Positions 40,201 to 53,222 of a DNA stretch of 64,000 nt are shown here, in pieces; within the stretch, counting starts at the first letter, position 1, and every line of letters begins with the position of its first letter. The position numbers and the translations under genes were made by a program. Origin of the DNA: Hypanus sabinus. Taxonomy: Eukaryota. The notes under the pieces were generated by a model. It made no database searches. It was given only the letters and a program-made list of their open reading frames with translations, and was not told the DNA's origin. The DNA lies in assembly GCF_030144855.1 (NCBI RefSeq), contig NC_082710.1, forward strand, positions 151,466,001 through 151,530,000, given 5' to 3'.

Positions 40201-41500
40201 TCATCCACATTAAGACAATGACCCAGTAAAAACCTAGGGACTGCTCAACAATATATTAAATTTGCAAATGCTAACAATATTTTTGGTTCTTTCATAGTTC
40301 ATAAACAGAAAGTTAAATTACTTACTGGAAGAGACTGTAAAGTAAAAAGCAGCATGCTTTAAATGTAGTCAGGGCATTAATTAACCAAGTGACTAACAGC
40401 AGTGACAGTAACTTGATCTCTTGTAGATTTTAACAGACTCTGGTGTGGAGCTACTTATTGGTCCATGTGTATTGCAAACCTGACAACCACATCCACTGAG
40501 AATGAAAGAGATTGGTCTGGTCACTAATTATCAGTCAATGGAGTCTGATGATCTGATTTTACACTCGCATATACACAACAACATTCATGTCAACTACTCT
40601 GCCCAGAGCACTTTAAAGACAAAGAAGTGCTTTACAATGTTGAATTACTTAGTCATGCACAATGCTGTCAGTTCTACAAACAGAGTTTTGGGATTAACAG
40701 GAATATCTTCTTTAGAGTACTGCTTGAGAAATATTTATGAATCAGTGTGTTGCTAAGAATTTCCTTGTTATTCTCTGATGTAGTGTCATGGCATTTTTCT
40801 ATAAGATGAGAGACAGATGTGAGCTCAGGCTATAATTTTTTCAAGATGTAAAAGTGTAGATATCAGCCAACACTGCCTGACACTCAGTACGTACATAGAT
40901 TTCTCAATGATCCTCGTTCTGATTACTGGGCAGATTCAGATTCTGATAGGCTTATTATCATACAAGACCATAAAACAAGGAGCAGAATTAGGCCATTCAG
41001 CCCATCACGTCTGCTCCACTATTTCATCATGATTGGACCATTTCCCTTTAAACAACCTTCTCTTCCTTCTTCCCATAACCTTTCACACCCTGACAAATAA
41101 AGAACCTATAAACCTCTGGTTTAAGTGCACCCAATGGCCTGCTCTCCACAGCCACCTATTGCAATGAATTGCACTGATTCGCCACCATTTAGCTATAGAA
41201 ATTCCCTGTCAATTTATTTTTAAATGGAAGTTCCTCAATTCTGAGCCCATAGCCTCTAGTTCTGCTATAGGCCACATCCTCTCCACGTTGACTATCCAAG
41301 CCTTTCAACATGCAATAGGTTTCAATGAGATCCTCCTTCATTTTTCTAAATTCCAGTGAGTACAGGCCCAACACCATCAATCTTCTCTCAAACAATAACA
41401 CTTTCAATCCCAGGATAATTCTTGTGAACCTCCTCTGAACCCTCTCCAATGTTAGTGCATCCTTTCTTAGATAAGGGGCATAAAACTGCTCAGAGTACTC
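37234..41500. repeat. Segmental duplication, proximal copy (MHC promoter/leader/5' intron 1)
   Basis: Collinear direct similarity to 59081-64000 through unique sequence and shared CR1 fragments, roughly 85-90% identity by eye. Homology starts at tatcaacaat in both copies. Confidence 0.93.
40326..40355 (-). pseudogene. Defective proximal copy of the leader exon (22-nt deletion, phase 0)
   Basis: ATG CTG CTT TTT ACT TTA CAG TCT CTT CCA|GTAAGT. Matches the distal leader except for loss of 22 nt (ggctaaacagtggatgttcagt on + strand) and G>A at donor -1. Spliced to alpha1 it reads IFTSLHFTTC* (out of frame). The nearest upstream ATG is followed by CCC TGA. Confidence 0.8.
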
Positions 41501-43130
41501 TAGGAAGCCTCACCAGTGCCTGATAAAGCCTCAGCATTACTTCCTTGCTTTTATATACCAGTCCTCTTGAAGTGAATGTAAATATTGCATTCGCCTTTCT
41601 CAATACTGACTCATACTATCAGTCATCCTGTAGGGAATCCTGACCAAGTACCTCCTAAGTTCCTTTGGGCCTCAGATTTCTGAATTTTCGCCTCATTTAT
41701 AAAACAGTCTTTGCTTTTATTCCTTCTCTCAAAGTGCACTTCCATACATTTCCCAAAACTATACTCCACCTACTGTTTCTTTGCCCATTCTCCTAATCTG
41801 CCTATGTCCTCTGCAGCCCACCTGCCTCCACAATACTCTATGCCTCTCCACCTTAGAACCATCAAACTCATCATCTACCTCATTGAAATATACTATATAA
41901 AGGAAGCAATCCCAACATGGACCCATGCAGAACACCACTAATCACCACCAACAAACAAAAGGCTCCCATTATTGCCAGTCTTTCTCTCCTGCCATTCAGC
42001 CAATGCTTGATCCATGCAAGTGCCTTTCCTTTAATACCTTATCTTGTTAACCAGCATCATGTGCAGAATTTTGTCAAATGCCTTCTGAAAATTCAAGTAT
42101 GCACCAGCCACCAATTCTCCTTTGTCTGTCCTGTTTGTTATTTCTTGAAGGAATTCCAACAGATTATTCAGGCAGCAGTGTCTCTAAAGGAAAGTTGCTA
42201 ACATCAGCCTTTTTTATCGTGTGTCTCTAAGTACCCTGACATCTCATCCTTAACAATTGGTACCAACAATTTTCGATCCACTGAGTTCAGGCTAACTGAC
42301 TTATAATTTCCTTTCGGCTCCCTCCCTCCCTATTAAGAGTGAGGTGATATTTGCAAATTTCCAATCCACTGGAGACATGTCAGAATCCAGTGATTCTTGA
42401 AAGTTTATTACTAATGCCTCCACCATCTCTTCAGCTACCACTTTCACACTGCTGGGGTCCATCCCGTCCAGCTGCCTTACCAACTTTATTCCCTTTCAGA
42501 TTCCCAGGTACCTTATTCCTAGTTATAGCAACTGCACTCACTTCTGCCACTACACTCTCGAGCTTCCATCATAACGCTAGTATCTTTCAAAGTGATAATT
42601 GAAACAACATATGTACTTATTTAGTTAATCCACCATTTCCTTAATGCTTCTCTAACATCATTCTCCAGTGGATCAATATCCACTTGCCCCTGTTTTACTC
42701 CTTACAATTCTGAACAAAAATTTTCATCTGAACTTTGATATTATAGGATAGCTTCATATTTCCCTTTCTCCCTCCTTCTGGCTTTTTAGTTGCCTTCTGT
42801 TGGTTTTTAAAAGTGTCCCAATCTTCTAACATCCTACTAACTTTTTTTTTCTCAATGACATGCCCTCTCTTTTGCTTTTGCATTGTCTTTGACATGGTGG
42901 CATTATCCTGCATTTTGAATGCTTCTTCTTCATTGGGATGTATCTAACCTGTGCATTCTGAATTGCTCCCAGAATCTCCACCAATGCTGTCCTGCCATCA
43001 TCCCTGCCAGTGTCTCCTTCCAATGAACTTTGTCCAACCCCTTTATCATGCCTTGATTATTACCTTTACTCCACTGTAATAATGATACATCTGGCTTTAG
43101 CTTCTCCCTCTCAAACTGAAAGATGAATTA
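40960..43130 (-). mobile_element. CR1-clade LINE RT/3' fragment
   Basis: MERVQRRFTRII...LGLYSLEFRKMKEDLIETY and SGPDGM/WKFANIT motifs on the minus strand. Confidence 0.9.
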
Positions 43131-43819
43131 TGTCATATGATAGACCATTCAGCCCACAATGCTGTGCCGACCTGCTAAAAAGCAAATCAAAAACAACCAA
43201 ACACTTATCCCTCCTACCTACACAATGTCAATTCCCGTCCATCTTTCTTACATCCATGTACCTAGACAAATGTCTTTTAAAAACATTCACTGTATATTAA
43301 TCACTTCCTTCTATAGTTTCCTGTCTTCAGCTCCCTAATCAAATCTGGCTTATTGCACAATACCAAGTCAGGAACAGCCATTTCCCCTTATGGGCTCAAA
43401 CATCAGCTGCTCTAAAATGCCACCTCATGGGTAGATTCTAATCTAAGAGAAAGCTAATTTTCCCAATCTTCTTGCATATCAAAATCCACCATGATCTTTG
43501 TAGCATTGTCTTTTTGACACATCTTTTCTTTCTCCCATTGTAATTTGTAGCCCACATCCTGGCTACTGTTTGGGGGCTTGTATATAATTCCCATCAGCAT
43601 CTTTTAATTCATTCTGCTTTCTACACAATATCTTTTAGGATTCTAAATCTTCCAATCTCCTGTTACCTCTTTTTAGGAATTTGATTTTATTATTTACCTC
43701 TAGAACCACCACTGCCCCTGCCTGTTCCTACACACAATGTGTATTCTTGGATATTCAGCTCACTGACCCCAATAGAGGCAGGACTTGCTTAACAGTTCCA
43801 TAGGAACCAGGAAACAGTC

Positions 43820-44150
43820 ACATGTCTTGGAGCAGGTTCCGGACATCAGGCCTGGAACCAGGAATCAGATATGGGGTCAGGGAACGCGGACCAGAGATCA
43901 GATGCAGGGCCTGGAAACAGGGACAAGATACCAAATGTGAAACCAGTGATGAGACAGTGGGCCTGGAAATATGGATCAAATGCCAATCTTTAAGCCGGCA
44001 TTCAGACCACCAGCATGGGATCCAGGTGGACTCCACAAATTGGCCTGGAGACAGCAAACAGATAGCTGGCTCCAGAACCAGCATCCAGAGTTCATGTCTG
44101 GAGACATGGTGCAGAAACTGGACTTGGGACCAGCAATCAGACACCACACC
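43820..44150 (+). repeat. Degenerate tandem repeat (ggcctgga(a/g)ac...cagat units, about 50-80 bp)
   Basis: ggcctggaacc (about 43850), gggcctggaaac (43908), gggcctggaaat (43960), ggcctggagac (44042), ctggagac (44098). Confidence 0.45.
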
Positions 44151-44229
44151 TGTCCCAACTATTATATTTAATGCTCTGTTCAATTTGAGGAATAATGCAA
44201 ATGTATTTTATTTACATGAATGGACAGGA

Positions 44230-46600
44230 AGCTCTGTAGGTGCAAAAGAGATTTCTGGATTCTATTTTGTTTCTTGCTTGCTGGGGCCCAGGACATTTCA
44301 GATCAAATCCTCAGCATTCTTAAGTGGGAGAGTGAACAGCCCAAGGTCATGGTCCATGTATCTACCGATGACATGGCAAGACAAGTGATGAGTTCCTGCA
44401 TAGGAAGTTCAGGAGTTTGGTACTAACTTTAAAAGAACCTCCGGGTTTGTGATATCAGGATTGCTACCCATGCCATGAGTTAGTGAGGCCAGAGCTAGGA
44501 AGAATATTCAGTTTAACATGTGGCTAATGAGTATGCATAGGAGGGTGGGTATAAGATTTTTGGATCATTGGACTTTTTTCCAGGGAGGGTGGGACCTGTG
44601 CAGATGGGATGGTTTTCATCTGTACAGGTGAAATTTTACATCACATATCACAGTGGGAATTTTGTTGATGCTGCTCGGTGGGTATTAAACTAGAGTTGCA
44701 GGATGTGGGAATCAGAGTGCCAGCCCCATTAGTGGAGAGGTTGTGGAAGTAGATATTGATAAGACCTCGGACAAAGTCAGGGATTAAAAGTTTGTCCATG
44801 GTGCAACTGGTGTCCTGAGCTGTGTGTATTTCAATGCAATAAGTATCACAGGAAAGTCGGAGGAGCTTGGGGCATGGATGAGCACCTGGAATAATGACAT
44901 TGTAACCATTAGTGTGACTCGGTTTTCAGAAGGGGTAGGGCGGGCAGCTCAGTGTTCCAGGGTTGTGTTGTTTCAGATGTGACAGAGTGGGAGGGATTAT
45001 GGGAGGAGGGGTGGTGTTACCAGTGAGGGAAATTGTCATGGCAGTGCTCCATCAGGACAGACTGAAGAACTCGACTACTGAGGCTTTATGAGTAGAACTT
45101 AGAAATAAAAAAGATAGGATCACATTAATGGGGCTATTTTACAGACCACCCAACAATCCTCGTGATATAGGGGAAGAAATTTCTAAAGAGATCACAGACT
45201 TTTGCAACAAACATAAGATTGTTATAGTCAGTGTTTTTTTACTTTCCACATATTCACTGGGAGTCCCATACTGTAAAAGCAATATGTGGGATAGAGTTTG
45301 ACAAATTTATTCAGGGAAGTTCAGTACATAGAAGTCCCAACAAGAGAGAATGCAATACTGGATATGATATTACGGAATGAGACAGAGCATGTGACTGAAG
45401 ATTGAGTAGGACAACACTTCGCATCCAGTGACCACAATGCCATAAGTTTCAAAGTAAATATGCAAAAAGATAGGTCTGGTCCACAGGTTCAGATTCTAAA
45501 ATGGAAAAAAAGGCCAATTTTGATTGGAAGCCTGTGACTAATGCAGTGTCTCAGGGCTTACTGCTATGTCTGTTGTTGTTTGTCATCTATATCAATGATC
45601 TGGGTATGATAATGTGATTAACTGCATCAGCAAATTTGTAGAAAACATCAAGATTGGGGGTGCAGTAGACAGAGGACAAATATCAAGACTTGCAGTGGGA
45701 TCTGACCAGTTGGAAAAATAGTCTGAGTAATGGAAGATGGAATTCAATGTAGACAAATGAGAGGTGTTGATCATTTGTGAGGCACAATGATAGTAGATCC
45801 TACACATTGAGTTGTACAGTACTGTGAAGTATAGTTGAGCAATAGGATTTGAGAATACAGGCCCACAATTCACTGAAAGTTGTATTGTAGGTAGATTATG
45901 GCTGTAAACAAAGTTTTGACACATTGGCCTCATCCGTGGAAACGAGCAGTTAACAGACACTGACGAAGCATCCTGCTGAAGGGTCTTGGCCCGAAACGTT
46001 GACTGCTCATTTCCGTGGACACTGTCCGACCTGCTGAGTTTCTCCAGCTTGTTTGTACGTGTTGTTTAGAGTATGGTGGCCAACTTTGGTCAACTACATT
46101 CAGGGAAGATATAAACAAGATTGAAAGACTACAGCAAAAATTTACAAAGATGTTGCTGAGACTTGAGGACCTGAGTTGCAAGGAAAGATTGAATAAATTT
46201 GAACTTTACTCCCTAGAATGTAGAAGTTTGAGGGAGATTTGATAGAGGTGTACAGAATTTTGAGAGAATAGATAGGATAAATGCTCGCAGGTGTTTCCAT
46301 TGAGTTTTGGGTGCAATTGCAACTAGAGGTCAAGGGGTATGGGTCAAAGATGAAATGTTTACAGGGAACATGAGGAGAAACTTCTTCACTCGCAGGGTGG
46401 TGAGATTGTGGAACAAGCTATTAGCACAAGTGTTTGATGCTATTTCAGTTTCAAAGTGTAAGAGAAGTTTGGATAGGTTCATGGATGGGAGGGCTATGGA
46501 AGACTATGGGCTTGGAGCATTTTGATGGGACGAGGCGGTTTAAATGGTTCAGCACAGAGTAGATAGATCAAAGGTCCTGCTTCTCAGCTATAGTTTTCTA
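44230..46600 (+). mobile_element. CR1-clade LINE, internally deleted
   Basis: ORF1 esterase (VMVHVSTDD), endonuclease (YFNA...VTISVT), jump to RT C-terminus (KIERLQQKFTKML...FELYSLECRSLR) and 3' tail. Confidence 0.88.
45934..46065 (+). mobile_element. Short PLE terminus with internal inverted duplication, inside a CR1
   Basis: ccgtggaaacgagcagttaac (45934-45954) is inverted relative to gttgactgctcatttccgtgg (45998-46018). Core mutated to CTGCTGA...GAAACGTT. Confidence 0.7.
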
Positions 46601-47154
46601 TGGGTTTAAATAGTTGAGATACATCTACTTTAGAAAACCAATTTTACCTTTCAGCATAAAAATAAATCAACATAATTTACAAGAAATTTAATTCATGTAA
46701 ATTAGTTGAAGGGCAAATATCAAATGAAGCACTTCATTGTCCACTTCAATCACAATTAGAAATCCAAATGAATGGGCCCTCATTAGATGGACCAGTTGCA
46801 TTATCAGTTGCCGAGTGTATACTTCCCCTGACCATGACCTGTACAGGAAACGCCCTGCTGAGCTTGAAGGCTAAACAGGAAGACCACATTGTAGCAGTGA
46901 TCTCCAGGTGATTTATGCCTCCTACTGGCATGCATGCTGTCAACAGTCATCCAGTGTTTCTCTGTACAAACTCTGATTGCCATCAATGCGACACACCCTC
47001 GATGACGGAATAATGAACCCTACAGCTAATTATTGCATTTCCCTTGAGTTATCAATTCTCCATAAAAATGCTGCCATGTGATCTTCCTACTGTTTGAGAT
47101 ACAACACAGGAACAGTCCCTTTGTCTAGGCAAATCCATAGCAAACTCATTAACA

Positions 47155-48095
47155 TTCAAGAGAAAATCTGGAGATGCTGGAAATTGAAGTGATACACACA
47201 AAATACTGGAGGGACTCAGCACACCAGGCAGGATGTATGGAAAAAAGTACATTTGATGTTTCAAACTGAGACTCGTCATCAGGACCAGAAAACAAAGATA
47301 AGGATTCAGAGTAAGAAAGTGGGGGAAGGGGAGCAACAACCACATGGTGGTAGGTGAAATGTGGTGGGGGGGGGTTGAGGGTGTAATGGGGTGGCATGAA
47401 GTAAAGAGCTGGGAAGTTGATTGGTGAAAGAGATACAGGAGATACAGAGTTGGAGAAAGGAAAATCTAAAAGGAAAGGACAGCAGGCTATGGAAGAAAGA
47501 AAAGGAGTGCAGCACCAGAAGGAGGTGGTAAGGCAAGAGTGGGAAATGGGAATGGTGAATGGTGAAGGAGAGGCAGGACCTTCTACCCCAGTGGCCACAC
47601 ATTTTTCCAACATATCAGTCTATGATTTCCTCTACTATTGCAATGAGGCCCAATCATTTTTGAAGAGTAATACCTTATATTCCATCTGGGTAGCTTCCTG
47701 CTAATGGCATGAACATCGATTTCTCAAACGTCCAGTAATGCCCCTCATTCATCTGCTTCACAATTCTCCATTCCCATCCCTCAGCTTAACAGTTCCCTCT
47801 GGTAATTTTCTCCCTTTTCATTCTTTTATGGACTTCTGTCCTCTCCTATCAGAATATCCTTTCTCCAGCCCTGTATCTCTTTCACTATTTGACTTTCCAG
47901 CACTTTACTCCATCCTTTCCCCTCCCAGTTTCACCTATCACATTGTGGTCATTCCTCCTCTCCTCCACTTCCTTACTCTCACTCCACATCTTTTTTTTCC
48001 AGTCCTGCCGAAGGGTCTCAGCTTGAAACATTGACTGTCCTCTTTTCCAAAGATGCTACCTGGCCTAGTGAATTCCTCCAGCATTTCCTGTCCGT
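47155..48095. mobile_element. Penelope-like element, two oppositely oriented 3' ends
   Basis: Left part (about 47155-47570) is the reverse complement of the right part (about 47720-48095). Central GIY-YIG tail (ccagtggccacacattt...gggtagcttcc). Mutated hammerhead motifs at about 47255-47290 (-) and 48000-48038 (+). Confidence 0.8.
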
Positions 48096-51000
48096 TGCTC
48101 TCATTTACATTATCATTATTTAAAGGTGCAAAGATTCATTTATTATTGAAGTATACAACTCTGAAATTCTTCCATTCTTCTTCTCTGGGTAGCCATAAAA
48201 CCTATAAAGAAAATAAAGTGAGCACAAATATCATCCCCAAATCCCCCCTCCCAACTCAAAAACAAATAAAGCAAAAATGGAATATGCACACCAATCCCCA
48301 AATCCTTCCTCTCTGCACAAAAATTATAAACAAAATGGAACAGGCTCATCAACCCCCAAATCCCACTTCCCCCATAAAAAAGTGAGAAAGATTGGGTAAA
48401 AACACAGAATATAAAAACGATATTCCTGAAAAAAATGTCTGTAGTCAAAGTCCACATCTAAAACACAGAAAATTGTTGGTCACAACGGTAGGCTCTGCAT
48501 TCTCTGGTAGCTGAGTAATCAAAGGACAGACAGCTGACACTCACCCTTTGCACAAAGTGTTCCCGAAGTGTTCTCCTCAATTCCCCATCAATTTCAAATT
48601 CTACCACTCCAGCATAGTTAGGGCAGTTTACAGTGGCCAGTTAACCTAACAACCGACAACTCTTTAGGATGTGAGAGGAAATCAGAGTTGGCGGAAATCC
48701 ACATGGTCTCAGATAAAACATACATACTCCAGACATTCTGAGGGTCAGGATCAAACTCAGGAACCTGGAGCAATGAAGCAGAAGTTCTACAAACTGTGCT
48801 CATGTGCCATCCATTCTGATTTGAATTGAATTTATTACTTACATACTTCAGACACATGAGAAGTAAAGATCTTTATATTATGTCTCCATCTAAATATGCA
48901 ATGTGTAATTTACAGTAATTTGTAAGAAATAGTATGTACAACAGGACAGTCAATATAACATCTATTGTGCAGATCTTACAAAGCAAACCTAGGTTATTCA
49001 GACAAGCCATTGTGCTAACCAATGTGTCAGCTCCAGCACATGCCAGACTAACTGGCATCAGAGCACAAATATTTGGCACCCTATACCAGAGTTAACCCCA
49101 CAGTAGCTGCCTCATATGCCGAAAGATTCAGGCATCTTCTGCTTATATTCTTGGGATTGAGAGCATTCTGCTGCATTCTTTGTACTTAGCTCAGTATGTA
49201 GTTGCAAGGAGAGAGAAAAAATGCAGGCTCCTAGACATAGTATCACCTTTGCAGTGTAAGATCTTGTACTCGAGCATTTGGTTGAGGAGAATGGGCCCAA
49301 GGTGACAAAAACCATATCAGCCAATCAGAGAGCCACACTGCACAGATTTTCCATATAAAGGTATATCCTTATCCATATCAAGAGGAATAGATAGAGTGGA
49401 CAACCAGCGCTTCTTCCCCAGGGCACCACTGCTCAATACAAGAGGACATGGCTTTAAGGTAAGGGGTGAGAAGTTCAAAGGGGATATTAGAGGAAGGCTT
49501 TTTACTCAGAGAGTGGTGGGTGCGTAGAATGCACTGCCTGAGTCAGTGGTGGAGGGAGATAAACTAGTGAAATTTACGAGACTACTAGACAGGTATATGG
49601 AGGAATTTAAGTTTGAGGGTTATATGGGAGGCAGGGTTTAAGGGTCAGTAAACATTGTGGGCCGAAGGGCCTGTATGGTGCTGTATTGTTTTATGTAAAA
49701 CATCTCGAAGTAGAATTATATAAAATGAACAACAGTTCCATTTGAAGCAGGATATAAAGCAGGATACTAAAAGGTCTTTTCAGTTATTTCAAGAGAGAAA
49801 GAAAGATGAGTTGAATTTGGACCAGTGGAAAATGGTGCCGGTGAGGTATAATGGGAGATTTAAAAAAAAGACACATCAACTTAATGGGTACTTTGCATTA
49901 GACTTCACTGTGGAAGACACCAGCCATGTGTCAGAGGCTCATGAGTATCAGGGAACAGGAGGGAGTGCCATTGCTGTTACAAAGAAAAAAAGTGCTTGGC
50001 AAACTGAAAGGTCTCAAGGTGGATTAGTCACCCGGGCCAGATGGAGAACATTACAGAGTCCTGACAGAGGTTGCAGAATAGATAACAGATACATTAGTCA
50101 TGATCATTCAAGAATCACTTGATTCTGGCATGGTCCAAGAGGGCTGGAAGTTTGCAAATGTCAGTCCACTATTTCGGGAGGAGGTCAAAAGGAAGGAAAT
50201 TATAGGCCAGTTAATCTAACCCTAGCAGTTGGGAAATCATTGGTGTCTATTATTAAGAATGATGTTTTGGTGTACATACAATATAGAACATAGAAATTTA
50301 CAGCCCATAATGTTGTGCTGACCATGTAACCTCCTCTAGACACTGCCTAGAATTTCCCTAGTGCATAGCCCTTTATTCTTCTAAGCTCCATGTACCTACC
50401 TAAGAGGCTCTTCAAAGACCTTATTGTATTGGCTTCCACCACCATCACGAGCAGTGCATTCCATACACCCACCACTCTCTGTTTGAAAATCCTTACCTCT
50501 GATATCTCCTCTGTACCTACTTCCAAGCACCTTAAAACTATGCCACCTTGTGTTCACTATTTCAGCTCTGGGAAAAAGTCACTGGTTTTCCATGTCAACA
50601 ATGCCATTCATCAACTTAAACACCTCTATCAGGTCACTTCTCATCCTCTGAAACTCCAAGGAGAAAAGGCCAAGTAGCCTCAACCTATTTTCATAAGGGA
50701 GGTCCTTCAAACCATGTAGCATCCTTGTAAATCTCCTCTGCACTTTATGTATAGTATCCACATACTTTCTGTAGTAAAGTAGGTAGTACTTGGAGGCTAA
50801 TGGAAAAACAAGTCAAAGTCAGCATGGTTTCTGTCAAGGAAAATCTTGACTGACAAATCTGTAAGAGTTATTCAACAAAGTAACAAGTAGGGTGGATATA
50901 GGAGAGTCAGTGGATCTCATTTACTTGGATATACGGAAGGAATTTGATAAGGTGCCACGCTTGAGGCTGCTGAATGAGATAATTTCCTATGGTGTTAGAG

Positions 51001-53222
51001 GAAAGATACTGGCCTGTATAGTAGAATGACTGACAGGCAGGAGACAGCGAGTGAGAACAAAGTGGGCCTTTTTTTGGTTGGCTGCCAGTGACTAATGGTG
51101 TACCTTAAGGGTCAGTATTTTGACCATTGTTTTTCACATTCCTTGTTAATGATTTTGATAATGAAATTGATGGCTTTGTGGCAAAGTTTGTGGATGATCT
51201 GAAGGTAGCTGGAGGGGTTGGTAGCACTGAGGAAGCAACATGATTGCAGCAGGATAAAGACAGATTGGAAGAATAGGCAAAGTAGCAGATGGAATACAAT
51301 GTTGGGGAATGTATGATAATGCATTTTGGTAGATGGAACAATCTAGCAGACTATTATCTAAATGGGGAGAAGGTTCAAAGTTCAGAGGTGCAGAGGGTCA
51401 TAGGAATACTTGTGCAAGACACCCAGAAGGTTAACTTATAAGTTCAGTCTATGGTAAAGAAGGCTAATGCAATGTTGGCATTGATTTCAAGGGGAATAGA
51501 GTATAAAAGCAAAGAAATAATGCTGAGCCTTTATCAGACACTAGCCTGGATGCACTTGGAGTATTGTCAACAGTTTTGGATTCCGTTTCTCAGAAAAGAT
51601 GTGTTGTCATTGGAGAGAGTCAAGAGGAAGTTCACAAGGATGTTTCCAGGAATGCAGGGTTTAACATATGTGAACCATTTAGCAGCTTTGGTCATGTACT
51701 CACTAGAATTTAGAAAAATGCAAGGGGATCTCTTTGAAACCCACCGAATGTTGAAACGACTAGATAGGGTGGATGTGGAAAGGATGTTTCCAATGTAGGG
51801 TGAGTACAGAACTAGACAGCACAGCATCAAAATTAAGGAGCAACCTTTTAGAACAAAGATAAGGAGGAAGAACTGAACCCCTAAGGCAGTAGTTTATTGA
51901 AATACAGACAAGAGCAATGTGATAGATACAATGAAACAGATGGGTTGAAGACGGTGTATTTTAATACAGGGGTATTATGGGTAAAGATGATGAACTTGAA
52001 GCATGGATCAACGCACAGAATACCATGTTCTGACCATCACATAAACTTTCCTGAGAGAGTAACATGAATAGATGCTAAATATACCATGATTTTGATGTCT
52101 TGCAAAGGATAGAGATTTTGGTAACAGCTGGTGGGTGGAGTTCAGCCGTCAGAACATAAGACATAGGAGCAAATTTAAGTGACTCAACACAGCGAGTCTG
52201 CTCCATCATTCCATCATGTCTGAATTATTTGCTCCTTCAGCTGCACTGTCCTGTCTTTCCCCAATAAACTTTGGCACCCTGACTATTCAAGGACATACAC
52301 AATTCTGCTTTAAGGATGGACTTCCACAGCAACAAACGGCAAAGAAATTCCACAGATTTGCCACCATCTGGCTAAACACAGTCCTCCTCCTCTCATCTAA
52401 ATTGATGTCCTTCCATTCTGAGGATATGCCCTCTGGTCCTAGACACACCTATCATTGGAAACATCCTCTCTTCATCCAGTCTACCTTAGCCTTTCAAAAT
52501 TGGAAAGGTTTTGATGAGATCCCCTCTCATTCTTCTGAACTCCAGCCTGTACCGGCCCAGAGCCATCAAACATTCTTCATATATTAATGATTCCACTCCG
52601 AGAATCATTCTCATATAACACCTCTGGACCCACTCCAATGCCAGCACATCATTTTTGAGGTAAAGGGCACAAATCTGCTCACAATTCTGCAAGTGTAGTC
52701 TGACCAATGCCTTATAAAGCTGCAGCATCAGATCCTTTCACTTGTGTTCCAGACCTCTTGAAATGAATTCTGATCTGGCAGTTGCCTTCCTTATCACCAA
52801 TACATCCTGTAAGTTAGACTTCAGTGAATCTTGCACAAGGACTCCTTTGTACCTCGGAATTTTGAATTTTCTCCCCAATTAGAAAATATTTTACACCTTT
52901 ACTCCTTCAAAAAAGGTGCTTGACCATACACATCCCTATATTGTATTCCATCTTCCACTTCTTTGCCCAATCTCCTGATGTGTCTATGTCCTTCTGCAGA
53001 TGCCCTGCTTCCGCAACACAATCTCATGCCTTCCACCTATCTCAGTACCACTGGCAGACTTGGTCATAGATCCATCCAAATTGTTGACATATAATCTGAA
53101 AGGAATTGGTCCCAATACCAACCCCTACAAAAACTCCAGAATTCACCATCAGCCAACCAAAATAGGACCCATTTATTTCCTTTCTTTGTGTACCTGCCAG
53201 TCAGATAATCTTCTATCGGCAC

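Noticed and set aside
43822-44388. 188-aa + strand ORF (one of the longest in the track)
   Set aside because: Runs from a degenerate tandem repeat into a CR1 ORF1 fragment; no splice context or recognisable domain.
49310-49365. AGCCAATCAG plus TATAAAG as a + strand promoter (similar CCAAT site at about 13795)
   Set aside because: Followed directly by a CR1 fragment; no downstream exon; short motifs are expected by chance.
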